A stretch of 64,000 nucleotides of DNA from a virus, in IMG/VR virus record IMGVR_UViG_3300008451_000399, positions 1 through 64,000 of that record. One strand, written 5' to 3'. Every line of letters starts with the position of its first letter. The stretch's first letter is position 1. The notes under the pieces were generated by a model. It made no database searches, was not told the DNA's origin, and saw nothing but the letters and a program-made list of their open reading frames with translations. The position numbers and the translations under genes are program-made. Shown here piece after piece: positions 53,795-63,402 of this stretch.

Positions 53795-55939
53795 ATGGTA
53801 CGCAATAAGCTGTTGACAGAAGTTTTTATTCTTCCAATCGTCCTTAAAGAAATCCACACTAAGCCCTTCATCCTTCAGCATCTTATCGTGGAGCACCATC
53901 GCACGTTTGGCAGCAATAACACCACAACTTTGAAACTGACTATTAACTACATTTCCTTTAGATCGAATAGGTAGCTTACGTCCATCAATACCGAGTAAGA
54001 ATTTCTTCTGCCCAGTAGTCTCCCAATACTTCTGCATGTTCTCTTTCAACTGCTTTAGAGGATATGCTTGAGTCCAGAAAGCATTAAAAATAATATTACC
54101 TGTTTCTAAGTCGCAACCTACTGTCTTCGCTACTCGCTTTGGTTGAGCATTATAACTGCAACCGTACTTTACATTCTTAGCTGTTCCACGAGGAAATGGT
54201 CTTCCTAGTAATTCAGTAATACTTGCAGCAAGCACAGAATGACAGTCATTAGGTTTCTCTGCTGTCAAGCTGTAACCGTACTCCTTGCCTCCTTCATACT
54301 TGTAAACAAAGGAAGCTTCAACTTTAGCCTCAAGGCTGTCGAAATCAAAAGCCATCTGAAGGAACCCGTCTTTAACATCCACTCCGAACAAACTGCGCAT
54401 CTCCTTACCATAAATACTTGTCGTTCTGCTAATATTTGCAACTTTACGGTGCTTGAACCTAGAAGTCCCAGCTCCGCAAGTATCAGCAGGTGTTGGAATC
54501 CTATGATCTAAGTTCAATCGCGGCTCACTTAGAAAACCCTTCTCAGGCTCTTCGTCATCTGCGTCAGGGTCTACACCTCCTCCAAGAATACTGTTACGTC
54601 TGTGAGTGTACGTGAAGTAATCAGACACCAACTTAGCATGAGGAAACTTATCAGCAATCTCTAGCAAGTTAGGGTCAATCTCTTTCTCTTGCCCTACTGT
54701 CAGTGTCGGGTTAGTATAAACCTTCAAAGGACGTGAGATGTCATGCTTCATTAACTTCTCTCGCAGCTTCTTAGGAGTTGTCTCCAACTCATCACAACGG
54801 TCTTTACAGAAAGGACTACTTAAAGTCTGCTCTACGTACTTCTCAACTGCTGCTTCAAATTTCTCTCTACTAATCTTTTTCTTCTTTGAGTCACAAGTAA
54901 GGTCACGCTCCTTGTACTGCGTTGGAACCCATTTAAATTCTTGCACTAGCCACCCTTTAATGTGAGAGCTGTCTGCTGCACTGCTACTCAACTTACCAGC
55001 TTCGGTTGAAATTAAAGGCTCACATGGAATTGGTAATGCCATACTCTTATCAAAGATTGTTGCTACCCACTTTCCATCTACTTCCTCTAGAGTTCCATTG
55101 TGCTTGCTAATAAAGTTTTTAATGTGTGTACTAGGTTGCCCACTTTTCAAGAATTGAGTATTAGGTGGAGTGTACTCTTTCTGCTTCGTCTTCGGTAGAG
55201 ACTTAGGTGGAATAAGAGGTTCAACAATGTCACGTATTGTATCCATCTTTTCGTCTAAATCTCGTACACAGTCTTCGGCTTTATCTTTATCAAACCAGAA
55301 GCCTCTGTGCTGTTGTCGTGTAATGATTTCAGCAACAGCTTGTTCCAACTTAAAAGCATCAGTCCAATTCCAATCACCCCACTCTTTCATCAGAGCTTTA
55401 TAGACTAAGTGATTAACTTCTACGTCTCGAATGTTATACACAAGCATTTCTGGATGGTACTGTTTAAATTCATCTCCGTCAGAAGCATCCTTTCCAATCA
55501 GTCCCATCTCAATAGCCTTGCTTCGCCAGTCAATCTTCTCAAGTCCTAGTGTCTTACCCCAAGCATCAATACTATGACCTCCATAGCGGTCTGGATTAAG
55601 AGCTTTTGACAAAATTAGGGTATCCCATATCTCTACAGGCTTACCATCTATCTTGTCAATGTCTCCTATTTCGTAGTCAATACCTAAGTACAATTTAATA
55701 GCCAACAAGTCAAAGTTGATTTGGTTGTGAGCAATAACCATTGTAGCTTGTTTAAAGAAAGCTGGAAACTTAGTTTTCACTTCGTCTTCTACGAATGTGT
55801 AAATCTTGCCAGTGTCTATGTCTTTAGCAGCTATACAGTGAATCTTAAACGTGTCTAAGAGTTTGTAAGGGCTGCTAGTATAGTCTACACTCGTGTGGTC
55901 GATGAAGCCATTGCTCTCAATATCCCATACAATTCTCAT
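53795..55939 (-). CDS. DNA polymerase (family A, T7-like), exon 1
   Basis: Exo I WDIESNG, HNQINFD, YN..DV; motif A DFDSLE; motif B R..AK...YG..Y. Confidence 0.95.
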
Positions 55940-55941
55940 AA

Positions 55942-56766
55942 TTACTCCTTTATAAATCCATAGTATTTAAGTTCTGCTTCTTCTCTTGCTTTTACCGCGC
56001 TATCATAACTGTGGAAAGTCCCTAAGTGGATTAACTTGTCCTCTGCACCAATAGCTGCAGTCCATGTGTTAGGTTTTACACAGTATACTCCTGTCCTACC
56101 AGATGTATTATTTATTCTGATATTGGTATTGTAACCCTGCATATTTTTTGAGTCCCAGACACAATTTTCTTTGCAGTAGTTTCCATTGCAATCTTTTCTT
56201 TCTATAGTAAGACCTTCTGGGCAATCACCCATGTCTTTGTAGAACTGTTCAAAATTATTTAACCACTCATCACATACTTTAATACCTCTTGCTCCGTACC
56301 TGTGATAATTATCCTTATTAGGGTCATAACACCTTTGCTTCATTGCAGCCCATATTCCATACTCTTTTGTGCCTGTCTTTCCGTGTGTCTTATTTACTTC
56401 TCTAACAACTTCATCTCTAAAACATCCGCACGAAGTTGTGTGCCCTGAAGTTAATGCTATAGTTGTAGGATAACTGGTGTTACCACAGTCACATATGCAC
56501 TCCCATTTAGTATTAGCAGCTCCTGACTGTGAAACTCTCTTTACCACGGTTAGGCGGTTAAACTTATCCCCTGTAGATATTACTGCTTTCTTCTTAGACT
56601 TTAACGAATTATTACGGATACTCTTGTAGTCCGTTATGCGTGTTACGCCTGAATCAAGAAATTGAATCTTAACACCTCCAGTTTTTACGCTGCAACTAAT
56701 TATCTCTAGTATAACGTAAGATTCGCCTCCGTTTGTTATTCTAATATCGCCTACTTTAAAACCCAC
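55942..56766 (-). CDS. HNH-family homing endonuclease with AP2-like C-terminus
   Basis: W.C.CDCG...SCGC, W..MKQRC...YGARGI.VC.EW...F..F..DMG...TIER...NG.Y...NC.W, N.SG.TGV, HLG.F...A..AR..AE. Confidence 0.88.
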   Translation of the reverse strand: MGFKVGDIRITNGGESYVILEIISCSVKTGGVKIQFLDSGVTRITDYKSIRNNSLKSKKKAVISTGDKFNRLTVVKRVSQSGAANTKWECICDCGNTSYPTTIALTSGHTTSCGCFRDEVVREVNKTHGKTGTKEYGIWAAMKQRCYDPNKDNYHRYGARGIKVCDEWLNNFEQFYKDMGDCPEGLTIERKDCNGNYCKENCVWDSKNMQGYNTNIRINNTSGRTGVYCVKPNTWTAAIGAEDKLIHLGTFHSYDSAVKAREEAELKYYGFIKE

Positions 56767-56791
56767 TATATACTCCTTGTGTCAAAATATA

Positions 56792-56820
56792 ATTATAGCA
56801 TATTTAGGATGCCAAGTCAA
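56792..56820 (-). promoter_or_regulatory. sigma70 promoter (TTGACT-17-TATAAT) for the endonuclease and polymerase genes
   Basis: agtcaa at 56815-56820 and attata at 56792-56797. Confidence 0.75.
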
Positions 56821-56839
56821 CTGTATTATCGTAACTTAA

Positions 56840-57079
56840 TTATTCATTATCCAAATTCCCAAGCAAAAGCTCTACCAAAGGCTCTAACAACTCCTCAGCA
56901 GCTTCTTCCCAAGCTTCGTCTAAAGAACTTTCATTACCATAAGTGTAGAATACCTTTTGTCGAAATTCAAAAGCATATCTAGCAGAGTGACAACCTAATC
57001 CAAAGTTAGTAGGTGCTTCGCTGATAAACTTAAGTCCAAGTGCTTCTGCAATATCTACTTTAGTTAGTTTCATTATCAC
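56840..57079 (-). CDS. hypothetical protein
   Basis: 79-aa ORF. Confidence 0.5.
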   Translation of the reverse strand: MIMKLTKVDIAEALGLKFISEAPTNFGLGCHSARYAFEFRQKVFYTYGNESSLDEAWEEAAEELLEPLVELLLGNLDNE

Positions 57080-57378
57080 TCTCCAATAGTTTAAGTAGAA
57101 GCGTAATATTACTCGCTAAATGGTTTCCATCAACAGAATATCTCTGAGAAGGAGGGATGTTGTCATTTTCTTCGTATTTTGAAGTTTCTTGCAAAGAAAG
57201 CTCCAAAAATTGCTTAATTTGTTGTACGTTCATTTCTTCTCCTCAATAGTATAACACATAAATTCCATATAGAAAGCTTCTACAAGAAAATAAGTAGCTT
57301 TGGTATAATTGTCTGTGTATGCGTAATAGGCTCCAGAGAATAAGCAGACAATGTTTAAGATTTTGAATAAGTGGTACA

Positions 57379-57672
57379 TTATTTGTTGTCCACTAACTCA
57401 AAATCATTAATCCATCTCCCACGCTCTACACCCAAACGCTTCATGACAACAGCCATTACAGCGTCTTCAAATTCTTGTTGTGATGAGAATACAATCATGT
57501 CAGGAATTTCGTAAGACTCTTCAAATCTCGTATGCTCAAACCATCTATTTACACCTTCATCAGATCGTATCATGTAGTTCAATCCATCGTTGTGCAATAC
57601 TTTATAGGAATTATCGCTAGTTAAATCGCCATCCCAACCACTACTATCAATACACTTCACGTATTTAGCCAT
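57379..57672 (-). CDS. hypothetical protein (small SH3-like N-terminal domain)
   Basis: VKCID....LT....YKV......I..D.G....F...RFE. Confidence 0.55.
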   Translation of the reverse strand: MAKYVKCIDSSGWDGDLTSDNSYKVLHNDGLNYMIRSDEGVNRWFEHTRFEESYEIPDMIVFSSQQEFEDAVMAVVMKRLGVERGRWINDFELVDNK

Positions 57673-57985
57673 TTTGTTTAGCCTCCTTAATTAACATTTC
57701 CAAGTGAGCTGCCATGTCTTCGTAGGTATAATATTTACCAGCTTTTTCATCATCCGTATAGCTGGTCGGTTCTCCAATATCCCTCATACCCTGATTAGCA
57801 AACTCCAAAGCTTTCTTCAACATTTCCTCTGCTGAGGGTTTTGGAGGCTTACATTTCGGCATAGGAGGGTAGTGCGTAGGTGATGGCACAGAGAATTCCA
57901 ATGTGGCTCTATCATCATGTACACAAAGATCACCTCTGTCAGTATCACCTATACTGTGTAATTTATTTACTTTCATGTAGTCCAT
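57665..57985 (-). CDS. hypothetical protein
   Basis: 106-aa ORF with AGGAGA RBS. Confidence 0.55.
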   Translation of the reverse strand: MDYMKVNKLHSIGDTDRGDLCVHDDRATLEFSVPSPTHYPPMPKCKPPKPSAEEMLKKALEFANQGMRDIGEPTSYTDDEKAGKYYTYEDMAAHLEMLIKEAKQNG

Positions 57986-57998
57986 GTCAGTTAATCTC

Positions 57999-58562
57999 CT
58001 AGTCTAAAATTGTTTTAGCCATTGCATCGAAGCTTCCATAATACGTCATCTCAGGAAACTTAGCAAGAATTTTCTGAATATATTGATGCTCATTGTTGTA
58101 AATGTCATTCGTTTTGTAAATAGCTTTAAACTTCACAGAACGTAAGAAGTCTTTACCGTAATGAGCTTTACCATTCTTCCACCAAGCTTTACAAATACTC
58201 AAAGGAAACTTATCTATGACACTGTTCCACGTTGGCTTACTCATACGCATAAGTTGTACCTTAACACCGTGAATAGAAGTTTCATACACAGCTTTTAGGT
58301 AAGGATTTTTCTTATACCACTCTGGGATATTCCCTCCAAGTTTTGTCTCAGTGATTTCAAAACCAGCTTTCTTTAACATATCTTCCATACGATACATAGT
58401 AGAAACTTGTGGACAATGAAAGAACAAGTCAATATCAGAAGCTTCTTTATCAAAGTACCAATCACGCACAGCTCCTCCAGCTACGATGCTGTAAGGGTCT
58501 ATTAAATACATCATGTCAAGTGCTTTGTTGGCTGCTTCTTTTTGTATATCTATTGTATTCAT
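57999..58562 (-). CDS. nucleotidyltransferase (CCA-adding / poly(A) polymerase head-domain-like)
   Basis: VAGGAVRD......ASDIDLF catalytic motif, VQLM, FPLSIC. Confidence 0.8.
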   Translation of the reverse strand: MNTIDIQKEAANKALDMMYLIDPYSIVAGGAVRDWYFDKEASDIDLFFHCPQVSTMYRMEDMLKKAGFEITETKLGGNIPEWYKKNPYLKAVYETSIHGVKVQLMRMSKPTWNSVIDKFPLSICKAWWKNGKAHYGKDFLRSVKFKAIYKTNDIYNNEHQYIQKILAKFPEMTYYGSFDAMAKTILD

Positions 58563-58900
58563 AAAATCTCCAAAAGTCTAGTATTATTACGATAGTATTC
58601 TGCTACCCACTCTTTAGGAATCTCTTTACCAGCTTCCAAATAACGTATCACAGCTTCTTGTATTTCTTTCTGACGATGTTCTAAAACAATGAATTCTGGT
58701 CGTAGTCCTAGTGGTGGCTTCTCAACTACGTCATTTGACAAAACTTCCTCAAATCTCTCTTTAAAGAATGTAGACTCTTTGCCCCCATCGTCAACTATCC
58801 AAATACAACCTTGATTTCCTAAGTATGGTTTGCTCTCTTTGTAAATCTTACCTTTTGTGATAAGACCTTCGTGAGTTTCTAGTGCTTTAAATTGTCGCAT
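58559..58900 (-). CDS. hypothetical protein
   Basis: SH3-like N-terminus plus KPPLGL.P...R..EI..A..RY...IP.EW. Confidence 0.6.
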   Translation of the reverse strand: MRQFKALETHEGLITKGKIYKESKPYLGNQGCIWIVDDGGKESTFFKERFEEVLSNDVVEKPPLGLRPEFIVLEHRQKEIQEAVIRYLEAGKEIPKEWVAEYYRNNTRLLEIL

Positions 58901-58901
58901 A

Positions 58902-59210
58902 TCAATCCTTCTTAACTAACATTAATAAATAACTATCTCTACTATCATTCATCCTAATCTCCTCTTTAATAGCCTTCTGAATTGCTGCTAATTGTTTGAG
59001 GGATTTGGAGTTCTTTTGAACACTCTCTAGTTTCCTAGTTTTGTCTGCGTAGAGAGCTTTAAGATACATAGAGTTATCTCCAAGACATAAATCTGAAATC
59101 TCCATGTTAATCAATCTGAGTTTATCTTTTAATACACCTTGATTATATGTTAACTCGTTAATAAGCTCTTTATTCCTTGCAAGCATTGATTGTAATATGC
59201 TAGTTTTCAT
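58902..59210 (-). CDS. hypothetical coiled-coil protein
   Basis: 102-aa ORF with AGGAGA RBS. Confidence 0.55.
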   Translation of the reverse strand: MKTSILQSMLARNKELINELTYNQGVLKDKLRLINMEISDLCLGDNSMYLKALYADKTRKLESVQKNSKSLKQLAAIQKAIKEEIRMNDSRDSYLLMLVKKD

Positions 59211-59219
59211 TTGTTCTCC

Positions 59220-60116
59220 TTATTTATTAAACTCAGGGAATATTGTAGCGAAATATTCTTTGATTGTCAAATTATTTTGTCCATAATAAACAGTATCACC
59301 ACTCCTACTGCTTGGTGCAAAGTATCTCTGAACAGCATTAATATAAAAACTGTATTCATGTTGATATGTGGTATCCCAATCCTTTACGAATCGCTTCACA
59401 TTTAATTGTTCTAGAGCAAGGTTATCGAATGAGACAATATCAAAAATCTTAAACAACTCGTGTATTTGTCTGTACCATTTACGATGCGAAGCAGAAACAA
59501 TTTTGACTTTACCTAAATTGAACCCAAAATCTTTCTCTCCTAATACAAGAATCTTCTTAACTCCATTGTCACGTAATTTCTTAACATCTTCGATGTCATC
59601 AATACCAGCAATTACGTGCACAACCATGTTAGAGTATTGCGTCAAAGCTACTGGAATATCTCTCATACCTTTACGATAACTGATACCTAAGCCTTTTACA
59701 GCTTTACTGAGAATTGCCAAGTGAATGTTGATAATATCTCTGTGTACCAACCCTTGATTAACTGTCAGATTCACAACAAAGCCCTTATCTCGACATTTAT
59801 ACAAAAACTTAAGTAATTCATCTGTAACTTCGTTAGCTCCAATAGCAAGCTCTATGCCAGATGGAAGGTTTTTAAGAACTTCAAACAACTCTGTAAGATT
59901 AGCATCACTACCATCTGTTGTTGCAGATTCATGACAGAATCCACAAATAGCTTTTCCTGTAGATTTGTTCAAACCAAATGCGCATTTCTCTGACACTCGT
60001 ATATCAATGTTTAAAGGATATGTAAGTTTAATATCTCCCTCACACTCAATAACACGAGTACCATCATTGTACAATTTAATATCTGCGTTTCCATTTTGGT
60101 AGTGATGTAACAACAT
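59220..60116 (-). CDS. radical SAM superfamily protein with CX12CX2C cluster motif
   Basis: YQNGN...DGT...P.NIDI....C(12)CGFCHE...ELAIG..E...NLTVNQ...GLGIS...V.HVIAGI...K.LVLG.K..G...SFDNLA.EQL. Confidence 0.8.
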   Translation of the reverse strand: MLLHHYQNGNADIKLYNDGTRVIECEGDIKLTYPLNIDIRVSEKCAFGLNKSTGKAICGFCHESATTDGSDANLTELFEVLKNLPSGIELAIGANEVTDELLKFLYKCRDKGFVVNLTVNQGLVHRDIINIHLAILSKAVKGLGISYRKGMRDIPVALTQYSNMVVHVIAGIDDIEDVKKLRDNGVKKILVLGEKDFGFNLGKVKIVSASHRKWYRQIHELFKIFDIVSFDNLALEQLNVKRFVKDWDTTYQHEYSFYINAVQRYFAPSSRSGDTVYYGQNNLTIKEYFATIFPEFNK

Positions 60117-60133
60117 TATTTCTCCTCTCTCTA

Positions 60134-60583
60134 TTAATGGTTGTCGTTGTCAGTTTCAATCCAAGAACTACTATCAAAGATAAATGACTTCAATAATGAT
60201 TTATCTTCAAAAATGTAGTGCAAGTCAGCACTTTCTACAGATTGGTGGTCAATATACCCGTAGCCATCGTTCCATTTCTTCCCAAATACTTCATGCGTTA
60301 CAGCACCAGCTCCTGTGTGCTCACATACAACCTCTTGCAAAGTTTTTATAAACTCATCCCTCTTGTCTCCACTCCAATCCATCGCATAAATGTAAGCGTA
60401 TGCTAAACGAGCTTCGGGATATGAATATGTTTCTTGACTCCAACCAAACTCATGAGAATCGTCTACAATAATTAGATTATCCTCATTTGGTGTGATTCCA
60501 TCGTAAGTTCCACTTGCACCAATTGACAGACTGTGGCATGAGCTACTGTTTGTTTCAAATACTCCGTGACGTACTAATTTCAT
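60134..60583 (-). CDS. FETNSSS-motif protein, radical SAM neighbour
   Basis: VRHGVFETNSSSCHSLSI, EFGW, GYIDHQS, FIF......DNDN. Confidence 0.75.
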   Translation of the reverse strand: MKLVRHGVFETNSSSCHSLSIGASGTYDGITPNEDNLIIVDDSHEFGWSQETYSYPEARLAYAYIYAMDWSGDKRDEFIKTLQEVVCEHTGAGAVTHEVFGKKWNDGYGYIDHQSVESADLHYIFEDKSLLKSFIFDSSSWIETDNDNH

Positions 60584-60593
60584 TATTTTCTCC

Positions 60594-60917
60594 TTATTTC
60601 AATTCTTTAGGAATCTTGGGGCAGTTATTATGTTCCCACCATTCACTACCGTCATATTCTCCACGACTACTCCAAGTACCACCTACATACCAGATCGTGC
60701 CATATAACTCTTGTCCACCAAACCCTGAGTCATACACAAAATCTAAAGAGGACAAGAATTTCTCGTAATCTTCGTCTGAGTAACCAACCTTCAATCGACA
60801 TACATCTATGTCTTCATCGTCGTAGATGTAGCCAATCTGTACTTCAGCAGCTTTAACTATCTTCTTGGAATCTTTTATGTGCATTAAAAACTCTTCTTTA
60901 GCATTTTTGTCACTCAT
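60594..60917 (-). CDS. conserved phage hypothetical protein
   Basis: LDF.YDSGFGGQELYG.IW...GTW..RGEYDGSEWW. Confidence 0.7.
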   Translation of the reverse strand: MSDKNAKEEFLMHIKDSKKIVKAAEVQIGYIYDDEDIDVCRLKVGYSDEDYEKFLSSLDFVYDSGFGGQELYGTIWYVGGTWSSRGEYDGSEWWEHNNCPKIPKELK

Positions 60918-60927
60918 TATATTCTCC

Positions 60928-61131
60928 TCAGTCTGTCACAACAATCTTCAAACCATCGAACCCATAAACTGCAGGGAATCTATCCATACAGTCACTAGAA
61001 ACCACTTTTGTAATGTCTGTAATAGTGATGTTCTTTGGAGTATATCCTAAGTCTTGAATAACAAGTTGCTTTAATTGCTCCATGTTTAAAGTGAATGTTT
61101 TAGTTGTTCCTACGCTATTTAAAATTGACAT
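60928..61131 (-). CDS. hypothetical protein
   Basis: 67-aa ORF with AGGAGA RBS. Confidence 0.55.
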   Translation of the reverse strand: MSILNSVGTTKTFTLNMEQLKQLVIQDLGYTPKNITITDITKVVSSDCMDRFPAVYGFDGLKIVVTD

Positions 61132-61143
61132 TTGTTTTCTCCT

Positions 61144-61554
61144 TTATTCCGCTAATAAATTCATCTGCTTAGAATACTTCAAAACACGCTTCATGTCAAG
61201 TCGTTTCAAGCTTTCATTTAAATTGCATTGTGTGTCATGCATCTTGACAATCTTGGCAAGAGCATTCCCTTTCACCTTAGCAATGTAGTCTTCGTAGCTT
61301 TCGTCAGCTACTTTTGTAATAGCTCGCACAGCATTAACAACATTATCTTCAAACAATCCGTACAATACATCTAAGCTACAATTCGTATCTTCAAGAATAT
61401 CATGGAGAATAGCAATAATTGGGAGTCTGTCGTCAACGTGACAGCTCACACTATCTGCTACAGCTAGTAGATGCACAGTATAAGGCTCATTGCCATACTT
61501 TTGTCCAGAGTGAAATTTTGTTGCGATTGTTAGGGCTAGTTCGTAGTCTGTCAT
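61144..61554 (-). CDS. HD-domain (p)ppGpp hydrolase-like protein (SpoT/Mesh1 type)
   Basis: A.KFH.GQ....EPY..H, A.LHDILEDT, V..ITK, VK..D...N; start placed at MTDYEL (CAGGAGA RBS). Confidence 0.85.
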   Translation of the reverse strand: MTDYELALTIATKFHSGQKYGNEPYTVHLLAVADSVSCHVDDRLPIIAILHDILEDTNCSLDVLYGLFEDNVVNAVRAITKVADESYEDYIAKVKGNALAKIVKMHDTQCNLNESLKRLDMKRVLKYSKQMNLLAE

Positions 61555-61582
61555 GATGTCTCCTGTAAATTGAACAGACTCT

Positions 61583-61611
61583 ACTTTATAGGAGTTGGTA
61601 GAATCTGTCAA
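61583..61611 (-). promoter_or_regulatory. sigma70-type promoter (TTGACA-17-TAAAGT)
   Basis: tgtcaa at 61606-61611 and acttta at 61583-61588. Confidence 0.55.
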
Positions 61612-61620
61612 GAGGTTTGT

Positions 61621-63393
61621 TTAGAATGTTGCAGGGTTGGCTTCCAAATAATCATCCAAGTCCCATAACTTATGCTTCTCATTCTCATAGTAATACTTAC
61701 CAACAATTCCAGTATCTCCGACACCACGTGCCTTAGATAACTTCATTAATGTTGTATTCTTATCTAAATCAGAATCTGCTTCTTTATCTCGCATAATAAT
61801 AATGTTGATGCCACCAGATTTGAAAATAGTAGAGCTTCCCATAATATCTTCCTCTGATAAGTCTGCACCTTTAGAATTAGCCTTCTGTCCTTGTCCATTC
61901 TTGCGAACGTGATTTACATTGACAAACATTACTCCTGTCTTCATCCAACCTTTCATCCAACCCATGAACTTCGCTTGTTCATCCTCTCCAAGCATATCAA
62001 ACACATCTTGCAGTGGGTCAATGATAATTATCTTACAACCTAGACTAACAATCAAATACTCGATACGATCTTTCATTGTTTCAGCTTCAGCATCAAGAAT
62101 GTAGAAACGAGGGTTCCCATCACTGTCATAAAACAACTCATCTTGTAATTGAACAATATCTTCTGAGTCAATGAAGTTAAGACGGTCTTCTACTGTCTCA
62201 AATAAATTCATTTTGACTTCGGCGTAGGATGACAGAAGATTTACTCCATACTCACCATCTCCCGTTTCCATTGGGACAATTCCAACCTTACTATTTTCAT
62301 TCATAATCCAATGCAAGATCATTGCATCTACATAAGTCGATTTTCCAGTACCTGAGGCAGAAATTAGGTTTAGGATACAAGATGCTGGAATTCCTCCTCG
62401 TAGCTTCTTCTGTAACTTGTGCATAAAAGGTGGAAGCGTAATACGAGGCATACTCAGAAACTCTCGCATTTTATCTTTGATGTCCGTACTAGCTGTTACA
62501 CCTGAAGGTACATACTTCTTAGCTTTCAAGAAGTCTTGGATAAACTCTTGTTGCTTGCCAGCTTTAACATAATCATCAGCATCCTTGTAACGCATACGCA
62601 TCACCCAAGCCTTACCTTTAGGTAAAACTTTAATGATTTGTTCTGTAGCTTTCTGTCCAGCTTCATCTTCATCCATACACACAATAATCTTCTTGAATTG
62701 ATTAAAGAATTCATACTGAGCTTGCACTTGCTTGTGTGCTCCGCTTTCTCCTAGTGTAGAACATACAACTGCAGTTGTTTCATACTGCAAAGCATTACGT
62801 TGTGTCTGATTGTCCAAAAGCATTTGATATGTGCTCAAAGCCTTCGTTTCACCTCCTGTAATGATACAAGTGTTTGTGTGTGTCTTGAAACGGAATTGAA
62901 ACACCATATCGCATTCCTTCCCAACCTGTCCTACAGGATGTGAGAAATCTTTGGGGAATGTGCGAGTGCGATAACCTGATAATTCCCCGCCAATTGTTGT
63001 TGGAACATATTGCTTAACAGGCTCACCTGTCTCTTCATCATACGAATAACGCACTCCGAAGAAATTGTTTGTGGCTGTCTTAATACCTCTGTACCCTTTA
63101 CCATCTGTGCCAGTGTATCCCTTAATACGTTCATTCTCTTCTGGTGTAATTTTCTCTCTTGTACTCACTTCACTCTCCTCATAATAATCCTCTTCCTCAT
63201 CCCATCCCATAGCGTCACGATGCTCTTGACTAGCAATAGTCCAGCCACAACTCCAACAGTGGGCAGACTCTGTACTGGCATAGACATGTAAATTGTTTCT
63301 GGAATTATCTCTGCCTTCTCGTATACAACGAGGACAACCTGTTTTGTGCTCTCGTGTTAAATCAATTCCATACTTCTCTGCTATTGCTGACAT
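61621..63393 (-). CDS. DNA primase-helicase (T7 gp4-like)
   Basis: CPRC...CWSC Zn finger, TOPRIM GGE and MDED..G, KDA; SGTGKST, IIIDP, HVRK, GSS.I, KAR..G.TG. Confidence 0.93.
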   Translation of the reverse strand: MSAIAEKYGIDLTREHKTGCPRCIREGRDNSRNNLHVYASTESAHCWSCGWTIASQEHRDAMGWDEEEDYYEESEVSTREKITPEENERIKGYTGTDGKGYRGIKTATNNFFGVRYSYDEETGEPVKQYVPTTIGGELSGYRTRTFPKDFSHPVGQVGKECDMVFQFRFKTHTNTCIITGGETKALSTYQMLLDNQTQRNALQYETTAVVCSTLGESGAHKQVQAQYEFFNQFKKIIVCMDEDEAGQKATEQIIKVLPKGKAWVMRMRYKDADDYVKAGKQQEFIQDFLKAKKYVPSGVTASTDIKDKMREFLSMPRITLPPFMHKLQKKLRGGIPASCILNLISASGTGKSTYVDAMILHWIMNENSKVGIVPMETGDGEYGVNLLSSYAEVKMNLFETVEDRLNFIDSEDIVQLQDELFYDSDGNPRFYILDAEAETMKDRIEYLIVSLGCKIIIIDPLQDVFDMLGEDEQAKFMGWMKGWMKTGVMFVNVNHVRKNGQGQKANSKGADLSEEDIMGSSTIFKSGGINIIIMRDKEADSDLDKNTTLMKLSKARGVGDTGIVGKYYYENEKHKLWDLDDYLEANPATF

Positions 63394-63402
63394 TATCTCT
63401 CC

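Noticed and set aside
53237-55939. DNA polymerase as a pseudogene or naturally split two-subunit enzyme
   Set aside because: A complete group I intron core explains the gap, and splicing restores motif C exactly.
62580-62870. Primase TOPRIM reads ITGGETK instead of TEGEID, suggesting an inactive primase
   Set aside because: The GE and DxD acidic residues, Zn finger and all helicase motifs remain; the variation alone is not enough to claim inactivity.
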